Source: Catajapyx aquilonaris (Eukaryota). Taken from it: 49,508 nucleotides of DNA. Location of the stretch: the NCBI GenBank assembly GCA_000934665.2, contig JYFJ02000732.1, positions 62,001 to 111,508 of the forward strand, read 5' to 3'. Position numbers and translations under genes: made by a program. Below are positions 23,361-36,300 of this stretch, piece by piece (positions within the stretch are counted from its first letter, which is position 1; every line of letters begins with the position of its first letter). The notes under the pieces are model-generated. The model saw only the letters and a program-made list of their open reading frames with translations, made no database searches and was not told the origin of the DNA.

Positions 23361-24465
23361 TCATCGGGCTGTTCTTTGAATCAAAAATGATCTGAATCAA
23401 ACCTCACGGATACAGACAACAATCTGAAAAAAAAAGCTTCACCACTATGCCCACGCCACAGTCCTCAGTGGAGGTGAAATTCTTACTTTTCTCCCCATAA
23501 AATAACTTTCTAAATTATACGACACAGACTGTATTATGATATTAAACAGGTAATAATTATAGAGAGCATGATGTAATGCCACCAGTCCCACATTTAAATT
23601 TGGATATGTAAGTTTGTACTCACTTTGTACTCACTTACCTATAAAATGGCAGTGATGACTTATTTTAAGGATTTGTGTACATCAAAAATGATTAAAATCG
23701 ATTGTTTATTAAGCAACAAACATGCCACGGAAACTGAATAACATTACACAATGCCTCTGAATAATGTGGTCACAGCCATTCAGCGGTGGCACACGGGATA
23801 GGAACAAAGCTATACAGAAAGTTTGTACTGAATAATACACACAAAATAATGTCATGGCACAACAAAAGGCATTCTTTCTCCAAATTGATGATTCATGTTA
23901 CACACATCAACAAGTGAACCGTATTACTGATTGTGTTGTGTCTACTCCAATGTAAATGCACAACTATCCCCATCAATAGTCATATTAGACCTTGAAGGAC
24001 AACTAACAACCAGCAGTATTCCCAAAGCGAGATCACCGCCGAGCGGTGCGTCGCTGGGTAACCCGAGTAACCAGGATTATTATTGTTTGTGGCGAAAATC
24101 GATTGTTACCTTCACCCCTTCACCTCAAACATAATTATTGGATTCATAGCTCGGCGATGACATCCCGCGATCAAGTAGCTCACAGGTAATAATAAACGCA
24201 CCTTAATTCGGGCCACAACTGGTTTTGCTCTTGCGACATGTCCAAAGCCATCAAGCATGAGCGCATAGCATTTACATCATATACACACTCCCTCTGACTT
24301 AGCTCACTACAGCCTACAGTTTTAAAAAAAAGTGGAGGTTTAAAAAAAATTATTTCATTTATCAATCCCCGTGCGAAGAAAGGGTCCCCTTGATACAACA
24401 ACATCACGAATTTTTGTCCCCTTGATAGTCATCAATATTTCATTCCACACATATAAAGGCTTGAC

Positions 24466-25551
24466 TGCACTTCAGCCCCCCCAAAATATTGCAGGTTTCT
24501 ATACATTTCCTGGAGCTCCTCCATGGGCTGAGTCGAATGACACTATTCCTTGGGTGGAGAAACGTTTCGTTAAAGAGTAATCGAATTATGAAGTTGCAAG
24601 TAATTAACAATGAATAAATTAAAATAAGCAAGTGTTCCATTGTTGACACTGTGTACTCCTTTCGCAGGGTTTGGGTATTCCCCATGGTAACGTGAGGGTT
24701 GCCACGGAAATGTGTTGGGAGGTCACCTGAAATACGATAATAATAAACAGTTCTGTTCTTGCTGGTTAATTTGAGACAGGGGAATGGGTCACAGGGATGA
24801 TGGAGGTGCGCTTTGTGTTGGTGATGCTGTATGGCTTTTTGTAACCGCAACAGTACTGTCCATAAGATAGGCCTGTATCCGCTGAGGATAGGGCTGTATC
24901 CGCAACGAGTGAAGGTTAGGTTTGGTTAGGTTGGGTTAGTACCTCGTACGCTGACGATAGGGCTGTATCCGCTGACGATAGGCATGTATCCGCTGAAGAT
25001 AGGCCTGTGTCCGCTGACGATAGGGCTGTATCCGCAACGAGTGAAGGTTTGGTTTGGTTAGGTTTGGTTAGTACATCGTACGCTGACGATGGGGCTGTAT
25101 CCGCTGAAGATAGGCCTGTATCCGCTGAAGATAGGCCTGTATCCGCAACGAGTGAAGGTTAGCTTTTGTTAGGTTGGGTTAGTACATCGTACGCTGACGA
25201 TAGGGCTGTATCCGCTGAAGATAGGCCTGTATCCGCTGAGGATAGGGCCGGCGGTAACTTCGTCTACTGGTAGGGCCACCCAAGTCGGACAGGTCTTTGG
25301 GGTGGGAGACCGGCTTAGAGAAATGCCACGCCTTCATCTCTTTTTTTAAACAATACGAATAAACAGTTGCAACAATGGAACACACTTGCTTATTTTCATT
25401 TATTCATTGTTAATTACTTGCAATTTCATAATTCAATTACTCTTTAACGAAACGTTTCTCCACCCAAGGAATAGTGTCATTCGGCTCAGCCCATGGAGGA
25501 GCTTCAGGAAATGTATAGAAACCTGCAATATTTTGGGGGGGCTAAAGTGCA
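24466..25551. mobile_element. Non-autonomous element with about 180-bp inverted repeats and an internal minisatellite
   Basis: 24466-24645 is the near-identical reverse complement of about 25370-25551 (TGCACTT[C/T]AGCCCCCCCAAAATATTGC...). No clear TSD. Confidence 0.75.
24866..25247. repeat. Compound minisatellite: 21-bp GATAGG[G/C]CTGTATCCGCTGAN units with three TTAGG-like blocks
   Basis: Directly visible; GCAACGAGTGAAGGTT...GGTTAGTAC block occurs three times. Confidence 0.9.
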
Positions 25552-26379
25552 TCCTTACCAAACTGGACGTATTGATAACTTTCTTTTTCAATAAAGATAA
25601 CCGGATACCACTTTGATGTTCTCCTTCTTCAGCCTGAGCCATCTGCGCAACTTACCTTTGGGATACTTTCGCTCCACCCATCATCATCAGCTGCCAGTAC
25701 AAAATATGATCAAACAGCACATGCAGCCAGCATGAATGAAATAGTGCTGCTCCAACGTAAACGAAGAATATGTTTTCTGTAACGAATTGCATTACAGGAA
25801 AAAAAGGGTGAAAAATTAATAGTAGCCCGCATTCGATCACTTTTGTTTTACTGTATTTAGACATTTAAAAATAAATATACACTTACTAGTGTGTAATTAC
25901 ATTCGTGTAATTAAGTTCTTAGGCCCTTAGGGTGTATCCTATGCAATTTCACGGTTATAAATAATCTTTACGTACATTAATAATTATTTAACCGTTAGTA
26001 TAGTTTGGAGAAGTGGCCTTATAGTCAAAGCAACTGCACCAAGATCATAGGATTATGAGTACGAAGACTGTCATGAATTAAGGTTGATGAGGTCATGAAG
26101 GTCTGATTTGGTTGGGACACTTTGCATGGATTGGACCATTTTGTGATAAGCAATATTTTGTGTAAACTCTGCTATGTACATAATGGGAATCTTCAAAGCG
26201 CTTCGTTTTAGTACTACCAAGGTATTACTGATTATTAATTTAGATTTTGATGTGATCTCCTTCGCCTGATTGAGAAGTTACCAGTTAGCCTTTAAAGCAT
26301 ATTTTGAACATTGTTTTATTCACGAGAAGTTAACACAATAATCTTACTGTTAGTGTAGTCTTCAATATGCGTGTGCTCC

Positions 26380-28377
26380 TTATTTACCTTTAAATGATAG
26401 TTGATCTGTTCTGCCTATACTGGAGAAAAAAAGTTCAGCCATGAAAATTGCGGGACCAAGTAGACATGAAAATACAAGCCAGAAATAAATAGTGCCTCTC
26501 ATCTGGATAATGTTCAATGACATCGATGTCTCGTACAAAACGTTGTTTTTTCGAGAATTATTTACTCCCATCATCAGACACGCATGTTCAAACATCCTTC
26601 TCAATTTGTCCAGAATACCCGAATCCCTGATGTAAAGTATAAACCTGCTAACTATGGGTGATATTAAGCTGTACTTCTCGGTCAGTATACCTGCTAGTAC
26701 TAGGATGTCACTTTCTGGTGCAATCTTGGTGGCCAAATTCCCCGACTTATCCGCGAACTGGTAGCTTCCAGCTGTCAGAACATCTTGGACAGACACGCAG
26801 GAGTGGTCTGTGTCTATGGCTGCCAAGACACAAGTGTTCAAGTCGATATGGTCCACCATATCTTTGGCTATTGAAGCAAATGAATCCAGATTGGTCAGGA
26901 CACTGCTCATATAGGGCTTCATGAAAAGAACCGTTCCCCACGTCCATTTCGGCCATTTCTGGCTCTCCGAAAAGTATGTGGGCAAATCCTCCAATTCAGG
27001 GCTGGCCAAAAACGCGAAGTAAAGAGCCTCGTAACCGCAAATTATCACTAAGGAATACGCCCACCAGAAAGAGATGAATATTCGGGCAGGTTGGCTGCTC
27101 GGAACCTGGTTTGGATTTTCCTCGATCAGGGTGGAAAATAGATATCTCAAGGAATAGAGGAAAAGAGAAGGAGGAGGACGAGTAGTAGTGGAGAAGGGCG
27201 GGCTTAGAAGGGAACCACTTTTTAGTATTTGACATAAAATCAGGCTGCTAATTGTACTTGCCACAAATATAAGTGCCCACATGCCAGGAGTGTACGGCTG
27301 AATGATCGATTTCCAGGAGTAGCTTATCCGTGGAGATCGAGTTATGAAGGTGAAAACGGCAAACCCATCCGGATGAGGGATGTCAGCTACCAAGGTCATT
27401 TCGTCGCGTAACATGCTTACACCAATAACTGCATTTTTCTTAACGATCATTCCCGTAGTACCGGAGTAATTCCCGTCGGGCAAAGGGACGTCGGGAATTT
27501 CCCCATCTTCCAACACCGGGGAATCCATTTTCCAGTCAAAATTCAGAGCCTCACTGATCGGTAACATTGTTGCAACATACGTAAACATGGGCAACTGACT
27601 ATCCAGAATATATTTTAACTCACTCTTGTCTAGCTCAAACGGCAACGATCCGTTCAGAAACCTATTGTGTAGATTCCTGGAATAATCCGGGAACAACTCT
27701 TCAAGAGTCTGTTGCTGATGATCCGCACCGTACGAACCAGCAGTGTTGACCACAGCCGGATGACCTCCGTGGCAGAAGTGACAGTTGCTGAGCAGCGAGA
27801 GTGTCCTGGTGTGGTTGTGGTAGATCATCCCGAGGGAGAAGAGCATCCTCTCTGCGTCCGGGTGCAAGAGGACGTCCCTCACCACACTGGATGATGGTCC
27901 ATCAGATGAAGGCGTCCAGAAGATGAACCTGTCCCTGTTGGTCTTGATCCGGACGATGGAGGCCAGGTGTCGGAGGAAGGGCCTGAGGTGGTGGCGGGGC
28001 TGGCCCCGGGGCAGGGCCAAGAGGAACAGCCCGCAGTTGTGGAGGTGCCTGGCCCTGGGTCTCTCCAGCCAAGAGAACCAGTACTCAGGTCTGTTGGGGG
28101 TGGACTGAGGCAGGGATGGTGACCACCGGATGGACAGCACAGGAGATGAAGAGGACTGGACCTGTTTCAGGAGGGGGGTCATCTGATGGTCAAATGAGGA
28201 GTCCTGACCTGTGGCCAGCACCAGGAGGCAGTCAGGGTCCTTCTTCTGGATCCGGAGCACCAAGGATGCCACCAGAGAGGCCTCTTCTTCCTCCGCTGGA
28301 TTGATCCGCATTCCACTCACTCGCAACTCTCCTTCACCCAAACACAAGAGAACAAGGGCCAACAGTGCTCGATCCAT
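26380..28377 (-). CDS. Intronless divergent ionotropic receptor (IR/iGluR-related chemoreceptor)
   Basis: Likely start MDRALLALVLLCL (signal-peptide-like). IIQPYTPGMWALI (M1), RIFISFWWAYSLVIICGY..LASP (M2), IRDSGILDKL, SLNIIQMRGTIYFW (M3). Confidence 0.85.
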   Translation of the reverse strand: MDRALLALVLLCLGEGELRVSGMRINPAEEEEASLVASLVLRIQKKDPDCLLVLATGQDSSFDHQMTPLLKQVQSSSSPVLSIRWSPSLPQSTPNRPEYWFSWLERPRARHLHNCGLFLLALPRGQPRHHLRPFLRHLASIVRIKTNRDRFIFWTPSSDGPSSSVVRDVLLHPDAERMLFSLGMIYHNHTRTLSLLSNCHFCHGGHPAVVNTAGSYGADHQQQTLEELFPDYSRNLHNRFLNGSLPFELDKSELKYILDSQLPMFTYVATMLPISEALNFDWKMDSPVLEDGEIPDVPLPDGNYSGTTGMIVKKNAVIGVSMLRDEMTLVADIPHPDGFAVFTFITRSPRISYSWKSIIQPYTPGMWALIFVASTISSLILCQILKSGSLLSPPFSTTTRPPPSLFLYSLRYLFSTLIEENPNQVPSSQPARIFISFWWAYSLVIICGYEALYFAFLASPELEDLPTYFSESQKWPKWTWGTVLFMKPYMSSVLTNLDSFASIAKDMVDHIDLNTCVLAAIDTDHSCVSVQDVLTAGSYQFADKSGNLATKIAPESDILVLAGILTEKYSLISPIVSRFILYIRDSGILDKLRRMFEHACLMMGVNNSRKNNVLYETSMSLNIIQMRGTIYFWLVFSCLLGPAIFMAELFFSSIGRTDQLSFKGK

Positions 28378-30146
28378 CTCTCCGGACTGCCACACTGTTC
28401 GATTTCTGCCCCATTTATATACCTCGACTCCAATCGCCAAAAGTTGACCAAATAACCATCAGTCATCACATTTTAACTCTCATATGCAGCTCTCTGATAC
28501 GTTGCATTTAGTTTTCCGAGTGCTACAAGTCGTGCGATATTGCACGACGCCTAATAATTAGCAATCGCTAAAATATTTCACTCCGACAGATTACATGGGC
28601 AACGAATGTTGCATGCTGTCATGTCAACTGATGTCTTGACAATAGGGGGCTGTCATTTTTGTTTCGCTTGACAACACTGGAGATGAATTGTAGGTATTAC
28701 GGATGTCAATTGCAGTGTATTTTTCCTAAAGTGCCTGTAAGTGAGCACTTTGAGTAATATTTCATTCATGAGCCATCGTTATTTTCTTACATAACTGTAA
28801 GGTTCGAATGAAAATGGCCCTTGAACCCTTCATGGATATAGTGAAGTAAATGTGTGAAATGCTGAGACAAAAATCAATTGAATGGTCCAACAGTGACTAT
28901 GATCTCAAATATGTCAGATTGAAAAAAACTAATCATATCGTTATGTGCAACATACCATGAAAAGGACGAGAACATAAGCAAATGGAAGCAGAGCATGAAG
29001 TAGATTAACTGCAACTAATGAGACATCTCAATTATTTGATTCGATTGCATGATCACAATAGCAAATAAAAAACAAAGGATACATTAGGCTTATATAATGT
29101 TACAAGTTAGTATTGTTAGCAGAAAAGACGACCACCTTTTTCTGGATTTATTTTTGACCACTCAACAGTACTACTGTCATCACATTTTGATTTAAGAAAA
29201 ACATCATTACGCGCCTTCCTCATCTTCATCCCAGAATGGGTTATGTTGTGCACCACAAAGCGACGATATCTTCCTGCCGAAGACTATTGCGGCAGTAGTG
29301 GCATGGGAAGCCTCCACAAGCCACATCAGCATGTCGGGGGAATCCATCCTAAAAAAGTGAAGCCCTGGAAATGATCAAATCTGGCATGACTTCTCCTGAG
29401 CAATGGTGCCTCTGCTACTTCCAAAAACTGGTCCAGAGCAGCCAAAAGGGACTGGAGCTGCATTGAGAAGTGCACACCAGCCCAAAACGTGCCGAGACGC
29501 TATGAAATATGCCACACCCAGTGGCGGATCTGCTTTGAAACTATAATGAAGCTGGGCGCACACATGGCCGCATCAACCTCTTCCTCCCCGCCAGCTGCAC
29601 CCAAAACGAATTGGTGCAAAATCGGAGCCTTTTCATTGTTATTAAACCCAAGCAGGAAGAAGAGCCTGTTTATTACACCTGCGGTACATAAACAAACAGC
29701 GTACATAACGTTTACTCAGCATAAATGTCAGGTCATCATGGTGATCCCCAAGAGAGAAGTTGGTCCTGTGAATATCTTGGCCGATGCTCCAGAGTGTGGC
29801 ATTCCAGTGTTCTAAGTGGTTTCTCCTCCAGTGAACGCCTTCAATGAGTCGGTACTCCCAATATTCAGATTATGGTACGGTGACAGGGCAATAACATACA
29901 AATGGCAGACGAAGTGAATGTGTGAGAAACACTGCATGCAAACCTTGGGAAAAATTGATAGTTTTTGACATTATGCAATTTATCGGGCACATCACTGGAC
30001 AGACTCCGGGTTGTTATGCCAGTATTTCTGGATACTTTAAACGAATGTATCACTAAACTATTTCTGACTTAGATGACAATTACACGGCTTATCTGCTGAA
30101 CTAGTCATCACTTGGTGTGTCAACGTGAGCTGCACTTTAATTAGTG

Positions 30147-31158
30147 TTAAGTGGCAGGTACATTGTTCCTCCCAGTGTGAACTTGCAAGTGCTGTTTGAG
30201 ATGCCATGAAAGTGCAAAACTTTTTTGGCAAAACTGGCAAGAGTACCGTTTCCCTCTGGTATGAACTTTCCTGTGCTGTTCCAAATGCCACCACGTGGCA
30301 AATTTTTTGGGGCATAATTGGCAACGAAATGACTTGTCTTCTGTGTGAATCTTTACGTGTTCTTCCAAATGCTCTAGTGTAGCAAATTTCTCCTCACAAA
30401 TTTCGCACGATAACAGGCTGCCTTCCTCACTTACCCGACGACTAAACAAGTTCTCTCCCGTATGAGTAATCATATGCCTTTTCAAATCAAAAAGCTCCCT
30501 AAATTTTTGATTACATATCTCACAACTCAATGGATTATCCTCTATATGAGTCATCATGTGGTCCTTCAAGTGCCCTAAACGACAGAACGTCCTTTGGCAT
30601 AAGTGGCAGGTAATTTGCTTCGTAACATTGTGAACTTTCATGTGCATTTTCAAGTACATTAACTTTGTAAATTGCCTCTGGCACAACTGACAAAAGTGTG
30701 ACTCCTCTTCTCTGTGAATCTTCATGTGCTGCTTCAAATCAACTAGCACTGCAAATTTCATCTTACAATTTCGGCAACAAAACACATTGTCTTTCTCACT
30801 AGTACAATCTTCTAACTGTGTTCTCTTCTTTCCATGACCATTGTCGGATTTCTCCCGCACCATCTGAAATATGCATTACATCATGAGTTAGCTGCCTGAT
30901 TGCTTTCCACCAACGATGCCATACCCTGCTGGTCCCTTCAGTACGACAGACGTCCAGTGGGTCGTCCGCATCCTCAGCAGCGTCTGGTGTTGCCACAACC
31001 AGCTCTTCTTCCACCGGCTCCAGCTTAACCTGGCAGACTTCCCCAGAGCAGTTCCTCGCATGCTCTTCCATACTCATCAGCAACTCCCAAGTGTCCTCTG
31101 CAGTTGTTGTTCCTACTGCTTCCTCCACCTCCTCCTTAATAACCACCTCACCCGACAT
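30147..31158 (-). CDS. Gene 7: acidic module + 7 C2H2 zinc fingers
   Basis: Exons 31158-30925 and 30863-30147, 61-nt phase-0 intron. Confidence 0.9.
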
Positions 31159-31276
31159 GATTCCGGACTGCCAATTGCTTGCTGATCATGCGGACACTAA
31201 TTGCGAATTATTCTGTCCCGCCCACAAGGCACAAACGGGCGATGTTTCAGGAGAAATCAGCTCAAGAAGTCAACGG

Positions 31277-31430
31277 GCGGCCATCTTGGAAGAATAATAT
31301 TGGCGGGGTGCGTTCCCACCGCCGCAAACACAGTCTGTTCCTTGTCCAAGGGTGGACGTACTTAACCGCTACTTCAAAGCGTGGATCAGGTCGCTGCTAC
31401 CATTCCTCTCATTATCCGTTATTAGCTATT
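31277..31430 (-). promoter_or_regulatory. Family core promoter copy (gene 7)
   Basis: GCGGCCATCTT, GGGTGCGTTCCC, GTTCCTTGTCC, AACCGCTAC, TCGCTGCTAC. Confidence 0.7.
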
Positions 31431-32465
31431 CTTTTTTTCCAAGGTGCTTGATTTTAATGCACTGGTTCAAACCAGGTTTCTCTATTGCATCAATGGTTAC
31501 TTGAGTACATTAAAAATGGGAAATAATTGCGTGTCACATGTGCAGCTTCTCGAGGTTTTATTACTCTATTTATATTCCTGCTGTGACTTTTGAGAAATAT
31601 AAATCTTTGAGAGTGCTCCAAGTCAACTTTCCATGCTCCTCTAAAAGAGTAGCACCCAATATTTAGTGTGTAAAGGATTTAGTGTCTGGAACTTGCAAAA
31701 CCTTAAACTTAATTACATAATTCATGAACAGTTATTTTCTTCAAGGGCCCGACAAACCCTTCGAATATGAATGTGTCATGTCCTTATCACTGGAATTTTT
31801 GAATATCCTATGGCGATTTATTGTGTATACATTCAGAGATATGCAGTTTTAAAATTTATTCGCTCTTCATATCATTGCATCGCCATTTTACAGCGAGTGA
31901 AAAATTACAATTACTTGCATCCATGCGCACTAGACACTTTGGATTGTCACAACTGAATGAGATTCTGCCGCAGAAAAAATAACCGGTCCATTGCAGCGCT
32001 GAAACTAATAAAGAACTGGTTATAAATGTTTCAACAAATGCATAATATATCTGCCATTAGAATGATGTGCCGGCTGCGAAAAACATCACATAACTGAGTC
32101 AACATGTAATTTCAAATAAAACAGCAAAAACATGTGGGGAAAAAAATCAGTTTTTTTCAATGCATGGAATATTGTACACAACACTGGCATTTGCAACAGG
32201 ATGTTCATTGGTAACCACCATAATGATTGACATTGAATATTGTCTAAGGACAAAAATTATTTGAAGTGATGTGATGTGACCAATATTGCTTGCTCCTGTT
32301 CGAATTCACAAGTTTTCCAATTATGTGAATTACAAAATACCTTTCTGGCAGGCATATCGCACATCACAAACACGGTTTGTCTCATGTAAGTTCGCATGTG
32401 CTTTTTCAAATAACGTGGATCACAAAAAAAAATATCTGGTAAACCTCTCACATGAGTGGATTTTC

Positions 32466-35239
32466 TCACATATGAATTCGCATGTGAGTTTTCAAATGAT
32501 ATGAATCACTAAATTTTTTCTGGCACACCTCACAAGTAAATGGTTTTTCTCCTGTATGGATTTGCATGTGCCTTTTTAAATGACTTAAATGACGAAATTT
32601 TTTGTGGCACATATCACAAGAGAATGGTTTTTCTCCTGTATGCATTAGCATGTGAGATTTCAAATCATGTGAATCACGAAACTTTTTCTCGCAAACCTCA
32701 CAAATAAATGATTTATTCCTTGTATGAATTCGCATGTGCTTTTTCAAAACACTTGAATGGCTACATTTTTTCTGGCACACATCACAGGTAAATGGTTTCT
32801 CTCCTGTAGGCATATGAATTAGCTTGTGACAATTTAAATTACCTATATTACAAAATTCTTTCTGGCACACATTACAAATAAATGGATTCTCCCTTGTATG
32901 AACTAGCATGTGCCTTTTCAAATCACTTGGAATATAAAAGGTTTTCTCACAAACCTCACAAATAAATGATTTATTCCCTGTATGAATTCGCATGTGCTTT
33001 TTCAATGCACTTGAATCACTAAATTGTTTCTGGCACACCTCACAAGTAAATGGTTTTTCTCCTGTATGAATTCGCACGTGCCTTTTCAAATCATTTGAAC
33101 GGCTAAATTTTTTCTGGCACACCTCACAACTGTATGGTTTCTCTCCCGTATGATTTTTCATGTGAGTTTTCAAACTACTTGAATCACGGAATCTTTTCTG
33201 GCACACCTCACAAATAAGTGGATTTTCCCCAGAATGAATTTGTTTATGAATCATCATGTGAATATTCAAATCATCCTGAGTACCAAATAATTTCTGGCAT
33301 ATTGTGCACTCAAATGAATTCCTTCCATCGCATACTTCCCTGTTCCTTTCCTCTTGGAGCCCTTTCTTTTCTTTGCCATTTTCAGTTGTCATCTGCACGA
33401 GCTGGAAGGTGAATTACAGTAAATAAAGACGTTGTAGCACATGCCAGCAGATTGTACAGTCACAGATTGATTTTAATTTTTAATTTCTTGATAATGGTAC
33501 ATGATGCCCAATTTTTAAAGCCACATATTGCTCACATAAAGTATTTAATTATTTAGTAAAATCTGCTGGTTGCACAATGTGGCAACACTGCACTCCCGAT
33601 CATCAATGCAAATAATTATGATTAATTCTCGGGTGGGCCAGATAATCTGAAGATGGTCCTAGACACTACAAAAATGAGCTATGAGGAGGTTATGAAGTTG
33701 AGTGTATTACAAACCACGTAACTTGCAATAGATAATTAGTTCGAATTATGGAAAGAGTCAGTTACGTTTATTTGTGTGTGACATAGCCGACATACATTAT
33801 TTCAGAATTCTACGAGTATTTCTAAACTTTTTTTTTTTTTGGGTGATGCTGCGCAGATAACAAGCAATATGGATAATCAGTAGTTCAGTAGATTACACTG
33901 TGGAATATGCTTGTCAGGCTTTTTTAAATTTTTTATTTCAATAAAATTATCGTTCATAAACAACCTGTGACTCAAAAAATAAGCCACCATTACCACTGTC
34001 AGAAAAATAAAATAAAAATTCTGAAAAGTTCCTAGTGCTTGCTGTGGTCTTTCCAAGTAGGAAAAAATAGGCAAATTCTCACCTTTCATGCACAGGTTTT
34101 CCCTACACTGTAAACCACGAAGCATTAAAAGAGCATCACTACTCAGTTTTCCATAAGGCAACAATTTTTAATGCTCCATGGGAGACTCAGTAGTGATGCT
34201 CTTTTAATGGTCCACTGTTTACAGTGTAGTAAGTGTACTAAGAGAACAGATATTTAAAAACTGAGTTTCACTTTTTCATCTCATGTTATTAAGAACTAGC
34301 AGGTTACCCGGCAATGTTGTGGTGGTCAGGATATCCATATCTACATTCTTTTTAGGAAGTTTGTTTTTATTTGCATTCTACACTTCCGACCATGGGTGTC
34401 CAATCTCAAATTGCTTCTCTAAGCATCCCCATACACACCCTAAAAGTATGTCCCAGGAAACACCCTGTATACCTATACACTCGCTATGCCTTCAAGCTGG
34501 ACTTTTATGGGCCATTGTGTAATAGGCTTACTGAAAACAACAAGCCAAAGTTTGTCATTTGTGTCTTTCGATATTGTTGTCGGATAATGGTGCAACGAGA
34601 GAAGGTATAGGGTGTTGTGCGAGTAAGGCTCATTTTCAGAAGCTGCAACATGCAGCATCAAATTCCTCGAAAAAAGTAACCCGGAGTATACTAGTTTAAG
34701 GCGATGTAGGGGCATTCATTCCCACCATTGATTTCTATAGCATACAAACACACCCACACAGGAGGTTCTTGATTTGGATTGATGATTTGATGTGACCTTA
34801 GTGTAAAATTATATTGCAATTTGAGCCGATTGCATACCTGACTAACGCTTCCAGAACCAACTCCTAGAGGGTCATCCAAGGGGTCATCTTCATCTTCGAC
34901 CACCCCAGACATGGCTGACACCTCCTCCTCCTCCTCCTCCTCCTCCTCCTCCTCCTCCTCCTTCTTGATCTCACGAAGCGTGTCTTCAATGAGAGTACAG
35001 CCATCATCAAGGCAATAAGAAGGGGTCTCCTCCTTCAAGGGAACCTGCCAGGTCTCCTCCGTTGTGATGTCCTCATCTTCTTCTTCCTTCACTTCTGCCT
35101 TCTTTATAAGAGTAGAGTCATCATCAAAGCAAGAAGGGTTCTCCTCCTCCAACCTCAGCCTCCAACTCTCCTCATCCACTGTGATGTCCTCCTCCTCCTT
35201 CACTTCCCCTTCCTTCTTTATCCTCAGGATCAAAGACAT
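32466..35239 (-). CDS. Gene 8: internally duplicated acidic module + 10 C2H2 zinc fingers
   Basis: Exons 35239-34838 and 33392-32466, phase 0 (cag|gtatgc ... gtgcag|). Confidence 0.85.
34106..34226. mobile_element. Palindromic MITE with CACTG termini (animal CMC/EnSpm-like)
   Basis: TA|CACTGTAAAC...GTTTACAGTG|TA, inner arms CATTAAAAGAGCATCACTACT / AGTAGTGATGCTCTTTTAATG. Confidence 0.7.
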
Positions 35240-35627
35240 GGTCCTGCAAACACAAGGGTGGATTTGATATGGCCATAGAAGGAGATACGATCATGCAAAC
35301 AGCAAAGTGATACAGGTCGATAATTTAATTGGTGAAGATCTTATGTGCGCCTGCCTTGCTTCAGTACTTTCATTCCACCAAGAAAGTTTTACTACCTTTT
35401 ATTTTTGGCAGCAAGAAAAAATTTTGGGCTATTCTTTCCCTCCATAGGCCCTCGGAAGGAAGAGCAGCTGTTTGGCAACGCCAGGGAATCCTGGCAGGGC
35501 TTTATGTTGGTTGTGGCTCGGTTGCGGAGGCCGCTGTTGGGACCCTGTACTTACTTTTACCTACTGTGGGCTGTATCGGCAAGGAAGGGAGATAAGGTCA
35601 CATGGTAGGTTGGTACAGGGTAGGCAC

Positions 35628-36032
35628 TTATTCTCCCTTCCCTTCTCCCAAGGCGTACCGTAGTCCATATCTTCCTGTTTTCGTACAATCTTGGGCCTGG
35701 GTTCCGTTCTTTCCACTCCCACAATCTGCTCTCTCCCGCACCATCTGAAATATGCATTGCATTACATCATGAGTTAGCTGCCTGATTGCTTTCCACCAAC
35801 GATGCCATACCCTGCTGGTCCCTTCAGTACGACAGTCGTCCAGTGGGTCGTCCGCATCCTCAGCAGCATCTGGTGTTGCCACAACCAGCTCTTCTTCCAC
35901 CGGCTCCAGCTTCACCTGGGAGACTTCCCCAGCGCAGTTCCTCGCATGCTCTTCCATACTCATCAGCAACTCCTCCGCAGTTGTTGCTCCTGCTTCTTCC
36001 GCCTCCATCTTGACAACCACGTTCCCCGACAT
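35628..36032 (-). pseudogene. Truncated duplicate of the 5' part of gene 7: acidic exon and start of exon 2, no fingers
   Basis: Exon 36032-35811 closely matches 31158-30925. The exon starting at 35744 loses similarity near 35683 and stops at 35628. Confidence 0.8.
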
Positions 36033-36153
36033 GATTCGGCTGAAGTGCCAATTGCTTGCTGATCATGCGGACACTAATTGCGAATTATTCTGTCCCGCAC
36101 ACAAGGCACAAACGGGCGATGTTTCAGGAGAAATCAGCTCAAGAAGTCAACTG

Positions 36154-36300
36154 GCGGCCATCTTGGATGAATATTATTGGCGGGGTGCGTTCCCACCGCC
36201 GCAAACGCAGTCCGGTCCTTGTCCAAAGCTGGACGTACTTAACCGCTACTTCAACGTGCGGATCAGATCGCTGCTACTCTCATTAGCCGTTATTAGATAT
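36154..36300 (-). promoter_or_regulatory. Family core promoter copy (duplicate of the gene 7 promoter)
   Basis: Closely matches 31277-31430. Confidence 0.7.

Noticed and set aside
24910..25185. Telomere or chromosome fusion site
   Set aside because: Only short degenerate TTAGG blocks inside a TIR-bounded element.
29200..29870. Possible additional minus-strand exons between the IR and gene 7
   Set aside because: Splice-like signals exist, but no consistent frame or recognisable domain was found.
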